A stretch of 64,000 nucleotides of DNA from an uncultured delta proteobacterium (GTDB lineage: Bacteria; Myxococcota; Myxococcia; Myxococcales; Myxococcaceae): assembly GCA_963713045.1 (NCBI GenBank), contig CAVQKE010000004.1, positions 1,221,898 through 1,285,897 of the forward strand, in the 5' to 3' direction. Under the pieces are notes generated by a model, which was given only the letters and a program-made list of their open reading frames with translations, did no database searches and was not told the origin of the DNA. Positions 19,601 to 29,315 of the stretch are shown piece by piece. Every line of letters begins with the position of its first letter. The first letter of the stretch is position 1. A program made the position numbers and the translations under genes.

Positions 19601-19842
19601 AGCTCCGCCAGATTCGGAGTAAATAGTTCCTGAAGTTCACGTCCAGTCGGACTTTCTTTTAGAATGGGATATGCAGTATCGCTCGGACTTAGCACATCGA
19701 TTTTGGTAGCGCACCAAAAGGCCTGTCAGCAAGCAGCAGCGAGTTCTTGGCGTACCCATAGGCTCGAGGAAATTACATGCCTCCGTTCCAATCTCCGCAC
19801 ACGATGATCCGTGAGGATTTGGTCCGAATCGTTCTCGCCGGT
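16638..19842 (-). mobile_element. Tn3-family transposase module flanked by 32-bp inverted repeats
   Basis: ACCGGCGAGAACGATTCGGACGAAATCCTCAC (16645-16676) and its reverse complement with one mismatch (19811-19842). Confidence 0.75.
16687..19695 (-). CDS. tnpA: Tn3-family transposase (1002 aa)
   Basis: RQRYELPGFSTL, SADG, HADTQGQ, ELGRVVRTIFLL and NKSERFN motifs. Confidence 0.95.
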   Translation of the reverse strand: MLSPSDTAYPILKESPTGRELQELFTPNLAELGFALENTRQPVPRLGLLLLLKSFQKLGYFVRLAEIPSPIALHIAKAVGWNQVPDGLSAYDASTARFRHMALVRSYMGVTPFADAARKLMLRICLASSRVREDLADIVNTAIEELVRQRYELPGFSTLFRAARAARFAINRGYYRQIYQATDALARANIATLFERDSAERRSSWDRLKSEPGQPTVKRIRAFLVHLDWLRKQVASTNPLTGIPAVKLQRFAAEARVLNAARMKELTEEKRFALAAALLFRQLARAYDDAADMLIRQVQRIHYKAKELMDIRQASHLQQSAELVSTLRNITIAYQQEGPAEQRLHAIGAFLGQDPNNLLERCEEYAALASGIYLQLLPRFFRHPRTALLLLLEHIPLSSTSQDQSLEKAIVFILAHQNIRSDWISIDTQGSTRVDDWSLITEQWWPLVADTNNRTLPPTRLHHRYLELCVISQVANELKSGDLCSPLGDKFRDYRQQLIPWDQFKREISAYGEQTGIPTEAKQFVQSLQEKLISTSRNTDERFPQNESIRIENGEPILSPLCAKHEPEDLKVVETWIKERMGQVDIVDALVDTEHWLYWTRHFGPLSGHDAKVDQPRERYVLTVFCYGCNLGPTQTARSIKDLDRFKLAFLNQRHITEASLNQAIATVVDTYVKFPLQRPWGLGHSASADGMKWDLYPQTLMSEYHIRYGGYGGIGYYLVSDNYIALMSRFTTCGSWEGHYILDFLQENKSKVQPDTIHADTQGQSTAIFGLAFLLGIELMPRIRNWKDQHLFRPTPDISYEHIDELFSAQVDWDLIATLLPDMMRVAVSIRTGNILPSDILRRLNSGSRKNKLYFGFRELGRVVRTIFLLRYLSDAELRRTIQAATNKSERFNQFVQWISFGGDSVIAENTRDEQRKFIKYNHLVANLLVFHNIVTLSRAFDRLQADGLKASAQAMAALTPYQTEHINRFGNYTVNFSRTPEPLPSNLRQSEGQPLVDHIG

Positions 19843-19871
19843 CTAAACGGTCCTGACCGATTAATTACCCG

Positions 19872-19899
19872 GTTCGAAAAAACGATCGTTTTTTCGAAC
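19872..19899. repeat. Perfect 28-bp palindrome, candidate res or operator site
   Basis: GTTCGAAAAAACGATCGTTTTTTCGAAC; related GTTCGAAA / TTTCGAAAAA half-sites at ~19942-19966. Confidence 0.7.
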
Positions 19900-20155
19900 T
19901 CTCGGCAGGCCTTGTTTTTCGCTCTACGACCGCCTTGTGACGGTTCGAAATACTCGTTTCGAAAAACAAAGTTCAATTTATTCCAGCAAGATGAGTAAAC
20001 CGAACTCCATCGAGAGCCACCCCGAACGAAAAGTGGCTATTCGCATTAATGTGGTCCAGAGCGGATGTTTTCGGGCTGTTGAACGAAGCCGCTACGCGGA
20101 GTCTCTGAGCGACGAACGCGAGCAGTGAAGTCGTGGTCGGCATAATAGCCGGCCT

Positions 20156-21034
20156 ATGACACCACTACGAGCCAAATACATCCGGGACCTGACCGTTCGT
20201 GGTCGGGCGCAACGCACTCAGCGAGCCTATACCAGATACGTCTCTGAACTCGCACACTACTATCAGCGCTCGCCAGAGCTGATCTCTTACGAGGAGGTTA
20301 CCAACTGGCTTTACCATTTGATCAAGGAGCGCCAGCTGTCGGCTTCCAGCGTTAACGTCGCCGTCAATGCTGTGCGCTTTCTCTACGGCATTACCCTTGG
20401 GCGTAACACCGAAGCGTTGACGAGGTCGGTCCCGCACATGAAGCACCCTATCGAGCGCCCGGAAGTCTACGCGCGCAGCGAGTTGGAAGCGATTTTAAGC
20501 GCGCCGAGCCAGCCGCGCGATCGGGCGTTCTTGATGACGGTCTATGCTTGCGGGCTACGCGTCTCGGAAGCAAGGGATCTGAAAACCAGCGACATTGATC
20601 GAGCTCGCATGCAGTTACGAGTACGCAATGGCAAGGGTGCGAAGGGGCGCGTCCTGCCCTTGAGTAAGCGTCTGCTCAAGGAGTTGGTGGACTACTGGCG
20701 AGCACAGCGTCAAGCTAAAGCGGGCCATGACAGTCCGTGGCTCTTCCTGGGCCAAAGAGCGGGGGGTGAGCCGATAAGTATCGGCAGTGCGCAGATGATC
20801 TATAACCGTGCTGTCGAAAAGAGCGGCGTGCGGCGCAAGGGCGGCATTCATGTATTAAGACACAGTTTTGCCACACACCTTGTCGAAAGCGGCGTGGAAC
20901 TACCGGCGGTGCAGCGGTTGATGGGCCATGCGAGGCTAAAGACTACGGCGATTTACCTGCATGTGACTGAGTGCAGGCTCGCGGAGGTGCGTTCGCCTCT
21001 GGATCTCATCGATACGAGTCACCTCGAGCGCTAG
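20156..21034 (+). CDS. Tyrosine recombinase (integrase with N-terminal SAM-like domain)
   Basis: GLRVSE, GKGAK, HVLRHSFATH, MGH and TTAIY catalytic residues. Confidence 0.93.
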   Translation: MTPLRAKYIRDLTVRGRAQRTQRAYTRYVSELAHYYQRSPELISYEEVTNWLYHLIKERQLSASSVNVAVNAVRFLYGITLGRNTEALTRSVPHMKHPIERPEVYARSELEAILSAPSQPRDRAFLMTVYACGLRVSEARDLKTSDIDRARMQLRVRNGKGAKGRVLPLSKRLLKELVDYWRAQRQAKAGHDSPWLFLGQRAGGEPISIGSAQMIYNRAVEKSGVRRKGGIHVLRHSFATHLVESGVELPAVQRLMGHARLKTTAIYLHVTECRLAEVRSPLDLIDTSHLER

Positions 21035-21082
21035 GTCGGAGAGAACCTGTCACTTTGGCCAATCCGTCCCCTGCGGACTGAT

Positions 21083-22300
21083 ATGGACGCGCTCTGTCCC
21101 TTGGTGGAGAGCAGCACGGATAGCGCCCACGACCGCTTAACGTTGGGTGCCATCCTGCGCGCTTTCCTACCCGCTTTGCTGCATCTGCTCAAGCTCAGCA
21201 AGCACAAGCTGCGGGTCCTTTTGCGCCTTGCCGCCTGTGGTACACCGGCACTGGGCGCCAATCTTTTCGCTTGTCCCCACTGCCCGCATCGACACTGGGC
21301 CCCGCGCTCCTGCGGTGACCGGCATTGTCCGCGCTGCCTGGCCGCCAAAAGCCGGCAATGGCTAGAAAAGCAGACACGGAGCCTCTTACCGATCACTTAC
21401 TACCATTGCGTCTTCACTCTACCAGCAGAACTTAATTCCTTGGTGCTAGCCAACCAGCGCAGACTTTACCCGGTGCTCTTTGAGTGCGCCGCACAGAGCC
21501 TGTTGAAGTTTGGGCGCAACCGACTCCACGGCGATCTCGGAATCACCGCTGTGCTGCACACCTGGGGACAAAAACTCGACTTCCATCCGCACCTTCACTG
21601 CATTGTCACTGGCGGAGCATTAAGTCCAGATGGCAAACAATGGCGCTCGCCCAAACAGCGAAAGTTCCTCTTTCCCGTGCGAGCGGTCGCCGCGCTATTC
21701 CGAGGTAAGTTCCTGGCTGGGCTACGCCAGATGCTCTCTGCGGGAGAGTTGCACCTGCCCGATTCCGGACTCGAGATGCCTGCGACCCGCGCTCGCTGGT
21801 TGTCGCTCCTGTACAGAAAGCGCTGGGTCCTTTATGCCAAATGTCCCTTTGGCGGACCACAGCAGGTTTTAAGCTACCTGGCTAACTACACACACCGCGT
21901 CGCGCTGAGCAACCGCCGCATTGTCGCTGTCGATGCGCTGCACCAGACCGTCACCTTCACCTATCGCGACTACCGGCACGGCTCACAGCTCAAGGAGTTA
22001 ACCCTCTGCGCGCTCGAGTTCATCCGGCGCTTCAGCTTGCATATCCTGCCTCCGGGACTAGTGCGTATCCGGCACTATGGAATTCTGGGCAACAATCGCA
22101 GAAAACGTGCTATAGAAGCAGCCCGCGCGATCTTCGAGCGCCGCGGGCGCGCCGTGGAGCTTCAGCCGCAGAGCGTTGCGGACAAATCGACATGTTGTCC
22201 GTTGTGCGGAAAAGCCGGAATTCGTCTGGTGGCTTTTACCGATGCCGCCGGCGTTCTGCACATGATCGGAGCCGGACCAACGCCATGCGATTCCTCATGA
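21083..22300 (+). CDS. IS91-family (Y2 HUH) transposase
   Basis: Zn-binding CPHC..SCGDRHCPRC, HUH motif HPHLHC, YLANY, RIRHYG. Confidence 0.93.
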   Translation: MDALCPLVESSTDSAHDRLTLGAILRAFLPALLHLLKLSKHKLRVLLRLAACGTPALGANLFACPHCPHRHWAPRSCGDRHCPRCLAAKSRQWLEKQTRSLLPITYYHCVFTLPAELNSLVLANQRRLYPVLFECAAQSLLKFGRNRLHGDLGITAVLHTWGQKLDFHPHLHCIVTGGALSPDGKQWRSPKQRKFLFPVRAVAALFRGKFLAGLRQMLSAGELHLPDSGLEMPATRARWLSLLYRKRWVLYAKCPFGGPQQVLSYLANYTHRVALSNRRIVAVDALHQTVTFTYRDYRHGSQLKELTLCALEFIRRFSLHILPPGLVRIRHYGILGNNRRKRAIEAARAIFERRGRAVELQPQSVADKSTCCPLCGKAGIRLVAFTDAAGVLHMIGAGPTPCDSS

Positions 22301-22979
22301 ACACTCTTCTGGCGCTCATCAGCACCGCAGTCGATTCATGCGTTCTGGCAAAACTCTCTCTGGATGCGCTCGGGCGTGCTGCTGTCTTCGTGTCCTCTGC
22401 GAAGCCTGGCTCCCGCCATCCGGGGTTACTGGCGCGGCAAAATTACAGCTCTCGGTCTTTTGGCACCAGTTCAATCAGCGTCTCAAAGCTCCTGCTACGG
22501 CAATATACGCATCCGAATCCCTTTCTGCCGTCGTCTGCACCCCATCGCTCACGGTACTTTTCCCATACGTTGAGCAACGTCAGGGGTAGGCTTCGTCCAA
22601 CAGTCGAGTAAGTCTCCGCAATCATCCTCAATCTGTAATCACACTCTTGCTCGCGGAGACCTACTCGACTCCAGGTTCTCAAATAATGTGGTTTCATTCT
22701 CACGTAATGTGGTCCTGAGCGGCCCGTTATTCTCAACTAATCTGGTCCGGAAAACAGCGATGTTTTCGGGCCAGAGCGATTTATGTTCTCAGGCCGCTAC
22801 ACCTACACTTCTACTCAGACGCTGATCGAGGTCTTAGATGAGGCGGTGATAAAGCCGGCTCTGAGCAAACGCTACGAGTTGGAGCAGGAGAAAATGCAAA
22901 CAATACCAATGCGCCATGTCGATGACTATCGCAAAATCGTCGCGCTCTGAGCCGAAAAAAGGGCTTGGGATGCCATATC

Positions 22980-23165
22980 GGAGAGCGCCAAAAAGTCGGG
23001 GGTCGGGCGATCCGAGTAGTCTGGAGAGACGGTTAAACACCCTCCTTCAAACGCTTGATTCTGCGAGCGGTTCTGCGCCAAGTGAGCCCGATGGTCATCC
23101 GCCTAGTCTCGGTCTCCGATCAGATGCCGCTCCACGAATTTCACGACGTGTTCCGCACGATGCTC
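22980..23165 (+). mobile_element. ISKra4-family left-end relic
   Basis: GGAGAGCGCCAAAAAGTCGGGGG IR-like end followed by an ORF-3-like N-terminus (QVSPMVIRLVSVSDQMPLHEFHDVF). Confidence 0.5.
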
Positions 23166-23395
23166 GAGAACCTGGAGTCGAGTAGGTCTGCGCGAGCAAG
23201 AGTGGTGATTACAGATTAGTTTCGAGCTGCTTCGCCGCCGGTTTCCGGTTGGCTTTCGCCGCGAGCAGAGTGGTCTTCGTAAATGTCAGAATTAGCCCTA
23301 CTATTTCCAGCGATGCTGGATCTACTTTATGCTCCCGAGGATTATCGCAACGATCCTTTACGAGCGGCGTTTGAGGCAGTAAACCTTAAGAAGTT

Positions 23396-23770
23396 ATGCA
23401 AAAGATTATCGCTTTCCTCATTGCCGCGCTGGCGATAGTCGGCGCGGCCTACGCGGATAGCGCCACCGACGCAAGGCTTAAGGCCGCGATCGTCGGAAAA
23501 TGGTTTAGCGCCCGGCACGAGTACGCTTATACGGCGACCGGTTTTGTTTATATGGGTTCGCCGAAGGATTGGCAACCGGGATATTTTCGCGATACCTGGG
23601 ATGTTCGTGACGGAATCTACTACGAGAATGGCGAACCACAGAGAAAAATCTCTCTTAGCCGGAAGAAATGGTTTTTAGATGGTAACCTGTTTCTTGCCCG
23701 ATATTTCTTGGAGGAATGGGCACGCGCTTGGAACGAGAAGATCAAACGCGCCGAGCGCGGCGGTAATTGA
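23396..23770 (+). CDS. Hypothetical secreted protein
   Basis: 124-aa ORF with signal peptide MQKIIAFLIAALAIVGAAYA. Confidence 0.6.
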   Translation: MQKIIAFLIAALAIVGAAYADSATDARLKAAIVGKWFSARHEYAYTATGFVYMGSPKDWQPGYFRDTWDVRDGIYYENGEPQRKISLSRKKWFLDGNLFLARYFLEEWARAWNEKIKRAERGGN

Positions 23771-23794
23771 AAAAGAAAGTTCTTTTCTCTGGTA

Positions 23795-24892
23795 TTGGTC
23801 TTTTCATAATTTAGGTGATATCACAGCGTTTAAAAAAAGACCGAATCAGGGCCGGGCGTTTCGCCATTCGCTTTAACGCCTCTTTGGTCTTTTTGATCAG
23901 TTCTTCTTTGTTAGTTGCTTGGTGTGCCTTCAATTCCTGCGATTTCAAATGACTCCAAACTCCCTCATCCGGATTGAAATCCGGCGAGTACGCCGGCAGG
24001 TAAAACAACTCTAGCCTTTTCTGGCTGGCGACGAAAGCCTTTACACTTTTGGCGATGTGTGGGCTTGCCTGATCTGCAATCACAAAGATCTTTCGTCTCG
24101 GATATTCAGCGAGCAACTCTTTGAGGAACTCGATGAATACAGTGGCATTGACTCTCTCCGATGGAATCGTGAAAAACAATCGACCTTGCAGGCTCAGTGC
24201 GCTCATGACCAGAACGCTGGCTCTCTTGCCCGTAACGCGAACTATCGGAGTCTTTCCCACCGGTGCCCAGGTTCTGCCCACCGTTGGAGTCAATCGAACC
24301 ACCGACTCGTCTTCGAAGAAGAGTAGAGCGCGCTGCTTCCTGGCCAGACGCTTGATCCGAGGCCATTCGGTCGCGATCCATTGAGCGCGCGCTTTAGGAT
24401 CTTGTTCCAGCGCACGCCGTTCAGGTTTTTGACAACTGAGTTTTAGTTTCTTGAGTTCCCTCCAGAGCGTAGGAACAGACACAACCAGATTTAATTCGGC
24501 GCTGATAACTTGCCTAATACGCTGACAGGTCCAGAGCGGATGCTCATAACCATATTCAGTGGCCGGATGTTTCACCAGCTTTAGAATCGCTTTGCCGTGT
24601 CGCTTGCAATCCAATTTGGGCGGCCTGCCTGTCGCCTTGCGTTCCTTAAGGGCCCTCTGTCCATCCCGGCGCCATTTTGTAAGCCAACGTGATACACTGC
24701 CCCAATGCACACCCAGCAGCTTCGCGATCTCCGCGACACCTTTCCCCGCTTGGTGCGCTTCGATAGCACGAAAGCGCATCTCCTCCAATATATTGTGCGG
24801 TAACGTCCTCCCATCCCGGGGCATACCACAACATATAGATCATCACCTTCATTTTGAAAAGAAAAATATCACCTAAATTATGAAATGACCAA
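23795..24892 (-). mobile_element. IS630-family element
   Basis: IRs TTGGTC(T/A)TTTCATAATTTAGGTGATAT with one mismatch; TA on both flanks. Confidence 0.93.
23811..24824 (-). CDS. IS630-family transposase
   Basis: HTH, FEDES, ADQASPH and LPAYSPDFNPDE motifs. Confidence 0.95.
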   Translation of the reverse strand: MPRDGRTLPHNILEEMRFRAIEAHQAGKGVAEIAKLLGVHWGSVSRWLTKWRRDGQRALKERKATGRPPKLDCKRHGKAILKLVKHPATEYGYEHPLWTCQRIRQVISAELNLVVSVPTLWRELKKLKLSCQKPERRALEQDPKARAQWIATEWPRIKRLARKQRALLFFEDESVVRLTPTVGRTWAPVGKTPIVRVTGKRASVLVMSALSLQGRLFFTIPSERVNATVFIEFLKELLAEYPRRKIFVIADQASPHIAKSVKAFVASQKRLELFYLPAYSPDFNPDEGVWSHLKSQELKAHQATNKEELIKKTKEALKRMAKRPALIRSFFKRCDIT

Positions 24893-25014
24893 TATTTTCC
24901 AGCGATAGCTCCGGGCGCACCGGAGGAGCTCTTCTAGCTTTCGGTGAATGAGGCGGAGAACCGAATCAGCAAGGAGGGCCGTTCCGAAGATCTTTTCCGT
25001 TCAGGCGCAGCAGA

Positions 25015-25180
25015 TCTGTGGGCGCCCAATACGCCTGCGCGTTCGTGAACGCTAACAAAAAGGCGCTGGACGGCAGCAAGAATTACATGCTGCATCTGCC
25101 GGCGAATATCCCGGCGAAGAACTTTTGGTCGATCGTGGTCTATGACAATCAGACGCGCTCGGAACGCGAGACTGATCAGC
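25015..25180 (+). pseudogene. DUF1214/DUF1254-family fragment
   Basis: GAQYACAFVNANKKALDGSKNYMLHLPANIPAKNFWSIVVYDNQTRS, with no start or C-terminus. Confidence 0.7.
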
Positions 25181-25184
25181 AATT

Positions 25185-25400
25185 GGAGTGCATTTCAAAC
25201 CGGGGGCTAGGAAGAGCCGAGGCGTTGTCCGTCTGATAGGCTGACCCCGTAATGGAACACGATTCTCAGCCCGAAGCTTACTGTGTCCACGTCTGGATTC
25301 GGGGGATTCACCCGACGCTCTGTCGGCGCTTTCTCGTACGATCCGACGGCAACGCAAATTCAGAAGAAGGCCGCGTAGCCCCCAGTTTGAAATGCTCTCC
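25185..25400 (+). mobile_element. Miniature (internally deleted) ISKra4 derivative, 216 bp
   Basis: IRs GGAGTGCATTTCAAACCGGGGG and CCCCCAGTTTGAAATGCTCTCC. The interior joins an ORF-3-like start to a transposase-like tail (..QIQKKAA stop). Confidence 0.75.
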
Positions 25401-26770
25401 ATATTGACCACGATCCGCACAAGCCGCCGCAACCTCGCCTTGTCATTTGGCTACGTGATGATGTAGAGGCTGACCGGATCCGCGTAGTGCATCAGGTCCC
25501 GGATCCGAAAATCCGAACGGCTCGTGTTCTTGGCGACAGTCGGATCCCGGTAAAGGTCCAGGAAAGTCTTAGTCGTCCATTAAATTGCAGACAAACGACT
25601 CGGTCCGGAACGCTCCGCGTAGCGACGCGGGCGGAGGATGCTCATGTCACACTGAAAGCCTCCCATATTGAATTTCGCGTCGAATTCTTGCGTCAAATTT
25701 ATCTGTTGTATGAATACCCATTGTTAGTGGCTGAGACGCGGAGATGCGTGGTGATTCAAGCATCTGTGCGCGGGTGACGGGGGTATTGTATTGATTACTA
25801 ATGAAAGACAATGCAAATGACCACGCTTCTGAATCGCACTGACGGCAGACCTGATGAGCTTACTCTCATTCGATCGGAACCGATCTCGATGCAGTGGACC
25901 AATGAGCTGAGGAGAAACATCGGCCTTAACCCGAGCTGTAAATTATTGAGAGAGCTCTTGAGCTTGGACCTATACACTCGAACAGTCGTCTACCCTTTTC
26001 TAATCAAAGGCTGGAGTGCGAGTCGGATCGCCGATCGCTTGAAGGTTTCCCTTATCACAATTCAAAAGCTATTGGAAATCGGTCGAGAGCAACTGAAGAG
26101 AAAGCTGGCAGCGCCCCGTTAGAATCGAAACGGAGCGTGAAAGACTGGTAAAACTAGGCCGTGAGTCTTGAAGCGTGGGAGCCTCATGAAGGAAAGTCAG
26201 TTACGCTCTGCAAGAATTACGAAATCATACGGGCGTATCACCCTCCCGCACCTGAATGAGGGCGACCTTGAAAGGACACATCTCTCTTTCAAATGCTGTT
26301 TATCAATCAGATACGCGCCGGATTTAGCCTGAATGACACCACCGATAAACATAGATTCAGGAGGACTTTCGCGGCGACGGAAATTGACGGTTTGGAGATT
26401 CCATCTCGAGGCTTCAATGAAATAGAGAGAGCCCTAGACACATTTTTAGAGTCGCGTGGATTGCGCGGGCAATCATGGCTCGTTGCGCACAGAGAAAAGA
26501 AAACGATCAGAAAAAAGGGAAACGATGAATCCTGAAACACAGTCCCCGAGAAGATCTGGAACAAGTTTGGGGGCCAAATCCCGCGCTCGAGACTCCAACT
26601 GGCTTTGGTTCTGTTGCGTTCAAATTTGATTACTGTGAACGACTTGGTCCGCTCCGAGGGGTAAGGATTAAGCGTAACTGCTACAAAAGATGGGAGAAAG
26701 GGGGCAAGTTGGCCTGAGAACGCCCCATGGCAGCTTTACGGACCGGATCTTTGGAAAGGAATCATCTTCA
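25352..26770 (+). repeat. Copy A of a ~1.4-kb inverted duplication
   Basis: Highly similar to the reverse complement of 54622-55988. Confidence 0.92.
25811..26122 (+). CDS. Small sigma70 region-4-like HTH protein
   Basis: LLSLDLYTRTVV..GWSASRIADRLKVSLITIQKLLEIGREQLKRKL fits the sigma-4 pattern. Confidence 0.55.
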   Translation: MQMTTLLNRTDGRPDELTLIRSEPISMQWTNELRRNIGLNPSCKLLRELLSLDLYTRTVVYPFLIKGWSASRIADRLKVSLITIQKLLEIGREQLKRKLAAPR

Positions 26771-27632
26771 GAGCGTGTTTAAAAAGGCTCATGCCTGAGC
26801 GAGGCGATTGAGCATAAGGCGTGTTGCGGCGATTTCGATGAGTGTCTCAGAGCTCTGCACGCAGTACTCGTAATCCTTGTTCAATCGTCGATTTCGGCCA
26901 AGCCAGGCGAAGCTGCGCTCCACAATCCAGGTGAGGCCTGTGATCTTGAACGCGCGCTGCCGGCGTTTGACGATCTGCAGCTTCCAACCGTCCTGGCACA
27001 GCAGGTGGCGCGCGAGCTTGCGACTTTGGTGTCCGGCATCAGCGATGACTGTGCGAATGTTCGGGAATAATGGCCTCAGGCCACCGAGCAACAGGGCAGC
27101 CGCCTTTCGGTCGGAGATGTCGGCTGGCTCCACTCTGCATGCGATCAGCAGCCCGAGGGTGTCCACCAAAATATGGCGCTTGCGGCCTTTCACGCGCTTG
27201 TGCGCATCGAATCCGCGAATGCCGCCGCGTTCTGTGGTCTTTACCGACTGACCGTCCATAATGACGACTGAGGGACAGGCGGCCCGGCCGGCTTGCCGTC
27301 GAGCTTGCTGGTACATTGAGCGCCGGATACAAGTCCAGACACCAGCGTTCTTCCAGGCTCGGAAGTAGTGATAGACGTGCTCCACCCTGGAAACTCTCGG
27401 GGAAGCAAACGCCATTGGCAGCCTGTTCGCAGTAGATAAAAGATTGCGTTCAACACAGCGCGAATGTTGATTTTACGCGGTCGGCCACCGGGCCGTGCTG
27501 CCGGCAACATCGGCGCGATCAGCGCCCAGGCTGCATCAGTCAAATCTGTATCATAGAGCTTGTCGACATCGGTGCTAATGGTCATCACACCGACGATAAC
27601 ATGTCCACGCATACGACTTTTTAAACACGCTC
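26771..27632 (-). mobile_element. IS5-family (IS1031-like) element with frameshifted transposase
   Basis: Perfect 16-bp IR GAGCGTGTTTAAAAAG. Transposase motifs YDTDLTD..WRLLP / DGQSVKT / VDTLG / DAG / WIVERSFAW. One base missing at GWST|VYHYF. Flanks TCA and TAA do not match. Confidence 0.92.
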
Positions 27633-27650
27633 TAAGATGCTCGGATGTTG

Positions 27651-29315
27651 TTACCTTTTGTGCTTTTTGTGCTCTCTAGCCAGCTGCAAGATCGTCGTGA
27701 CCAGTTTGCTGGGATCAACTGGTTTGGCGAGGTGTGCCTGAAAACCGGCCCGCCGGGTCCGAGCCAGATCTTCGTTCCGAGCTGCCGCCGTAAAAGCAAT
27801 TACAGGCAACCGCCCGAGTTCTGGTTCAAGGCGTCGGACATTCTCCAGGAGTTCGTAGCCGTCCATTTCCGGCATCGCTAGATCGCAAATTAGAACATCC
27901 GGCTGAACATTCTTTATTGCTGCAAGCGCTTCTTGCCCCGAACTCACCACGGCGACTTCAGCACTGCTGCGTTCCAGAATGACTTTCAAAAGTTCTCGCG
28001 AGTCAGCGTTATCATCTACCGCCACCACCTTGATGCTTTTAAGTCTCGTATCAGACATCGCTTCCTCGATCGTAAAAGGACGCTCTTTGGGAGGTTCGTG
28101 GACCGGCTCGTACTTGGATGCTATCGCCGGTAATTCTACCTTGATCATGGTTCCGCGGCCTAGCCCATCGCTCTGGGCGATGATCGAACCGTGGTGCAAC
28201 TCGACAAGATGTTTGCAGATAGCCAAACCGAGACCCAAGCCGCGGTTTTCTCTGGAACTCGCTTGGTCTTGAGAGAATCGCTCAAAAATATGGGGAAGGA
28301 ATGCTGCGGAGATTCCTTTGCCCGTATCTTTGACCCCGATAACCAAATTTGCCTGCGCTTTGCTTAACCGCACGGTCACCGAGCCCCCGTTAGGCGTAAA
28401 TTTGAGAGAGTTACTCAAGAGGTTATCCAGAATTTGGTGTAGCCTTGTCTCATCTCCCCACACCGTACAGCTGGCCTCCTCTGGGACTTCCACAAAACTC
28501 TCCAGGGCGACGCCTTTCTCGGCCGCTTGCAAACGGAACGTTTCGACGCTCTCTTTGACGACCTGCTTCAAATCGACGTTTTGGAAGTCCAACGTCAGGG
28601 TACCAGCAACGATCCGCGAGGTATCAAGGAGGTCTGAGACTAGTTCAATCAGGGTATTAGTATTTCGCTGCAACACCTCGAGCCCCTGCTCGATAAGCGC
28701 CGCATCTTTGCGCGCATCCTTCATAATAAAGGTCCAGCCTAAGATGGCGTTCAGCGGAGTACGAAGTTCGTGAGAAAGGTTGGCCAGGAACTGATCCTTC
28801 GCTCGCTCAGCAGCTTCGGCTCCCAGACGAGCATTTTGCAGTTCGATGGCTGCACGACGCTGAGATTCCAATAGGTCGCGGAGCTGATATTGGCGCTCGC
28901 GCGACTGCAGCGCGACACGCAGCGCGCCCACCAATGCGGCTGGGCGCACTGGCCGTTCAAGCACCGTCACTGCACCACGAAGGCTCAGAAGGCGCGAGCG
29001 CGATCCTGTGACTCTCGTCGGCTGGCCTGGGTGAGTAAGTAATACGATCGGTAGCTCCGACCACGGCTCTTGATGTTCGAGCCACGCAGTCAGGCTTGAG
29101 TATTCCGTAGCCGAGGCTAAAGACTCCTCTGTCAATAGCAAGGCCCCGACAGAACTTCCCCCTGCTCGGAGGCGCTCAGAAAGCTCGGACACACTCTGGC
29201 ACGATTTGGCAACAATCCTGGCGGTTCGCAAGACCGAGACTGCCACATCCGCATCTTTACCCACCGGCGCTAAAATGAGGACGACTTGAGGAGCACCAGT
29301 AGTGTCGACTGGCAT
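27651..29315 (-). CDS. Hybrid histidine kinase (degenerate REC-HisKA-HATPase-REC)
   Basis: SHELRTP, NSLKFT, DTGKG, GLGLGL and C-terminal REC; start overlaps the KaiC-like stop (TGATG). Confidence 0.92.
   Translation of the reverse strand: MPVDTTGAPQVVLILAPVGKDADVAVSVLRTARIVAKSCQSVSELSERLRAGGSSVGALLLTEESLASATEYSSLTAWLEHQEPWSELPIVLLTHPGQPTRVTGSRSRLLSLRGAVTVLERPVRPAALVGALRVALQSRERQYQLRDLLESQRRAAIELQNARLGAEAAERAKDQFLANLSHELRTPLNAILGWTFIMKDARKDAALIEQGLEVLQRNTNTLIELVSDLLDTSRIVAGTLTLDFQNVDLKQVVKESVETFRLQAAEKGVALESFVEVPEEASCTVWGDETRLHQILDNLLSNSLKFTPNGGSVTVRLSKAQANLVIGVKDTGKGISAAFLPHIFERFSQDQASSRENRGLGLGLAICKHLVELHHGSIIAQSDGLGRGTMIKVELPAIASKYEPVHEPPKERPFTIEEAMSDTRLKSIKVVAVDDNADSRELLKVILERSSAEVAVVSSGQEALAAIKNVQPDVLICDLAMPEMDGYELLENVRRLEPELGRLPVIAFTAAARNEDLARTRRAGFQAHLAKPVDPSKLVTTILQLAREHKKHKR

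Larger units (their letters stand above)
20077..22602 (+). mobile_element. IS91-like element carrying a tyrosine recombinase
   Basis: Ends TGTTGAACGAAGCC (20077-20090) and GGCTTCGTCCAACA (22589-22602), a 13/14 inverted match, enclosing the recombinase and the HUH transposase. Confidence 0.8.

Noticed and set aside
22595..22680. Integron attC site and integron integrase
   Set aside because: GTCCAAC is present but there is no matching GTTRRRY end and no cassette array; the recombinase shows no obvious IntI-specific insertion.
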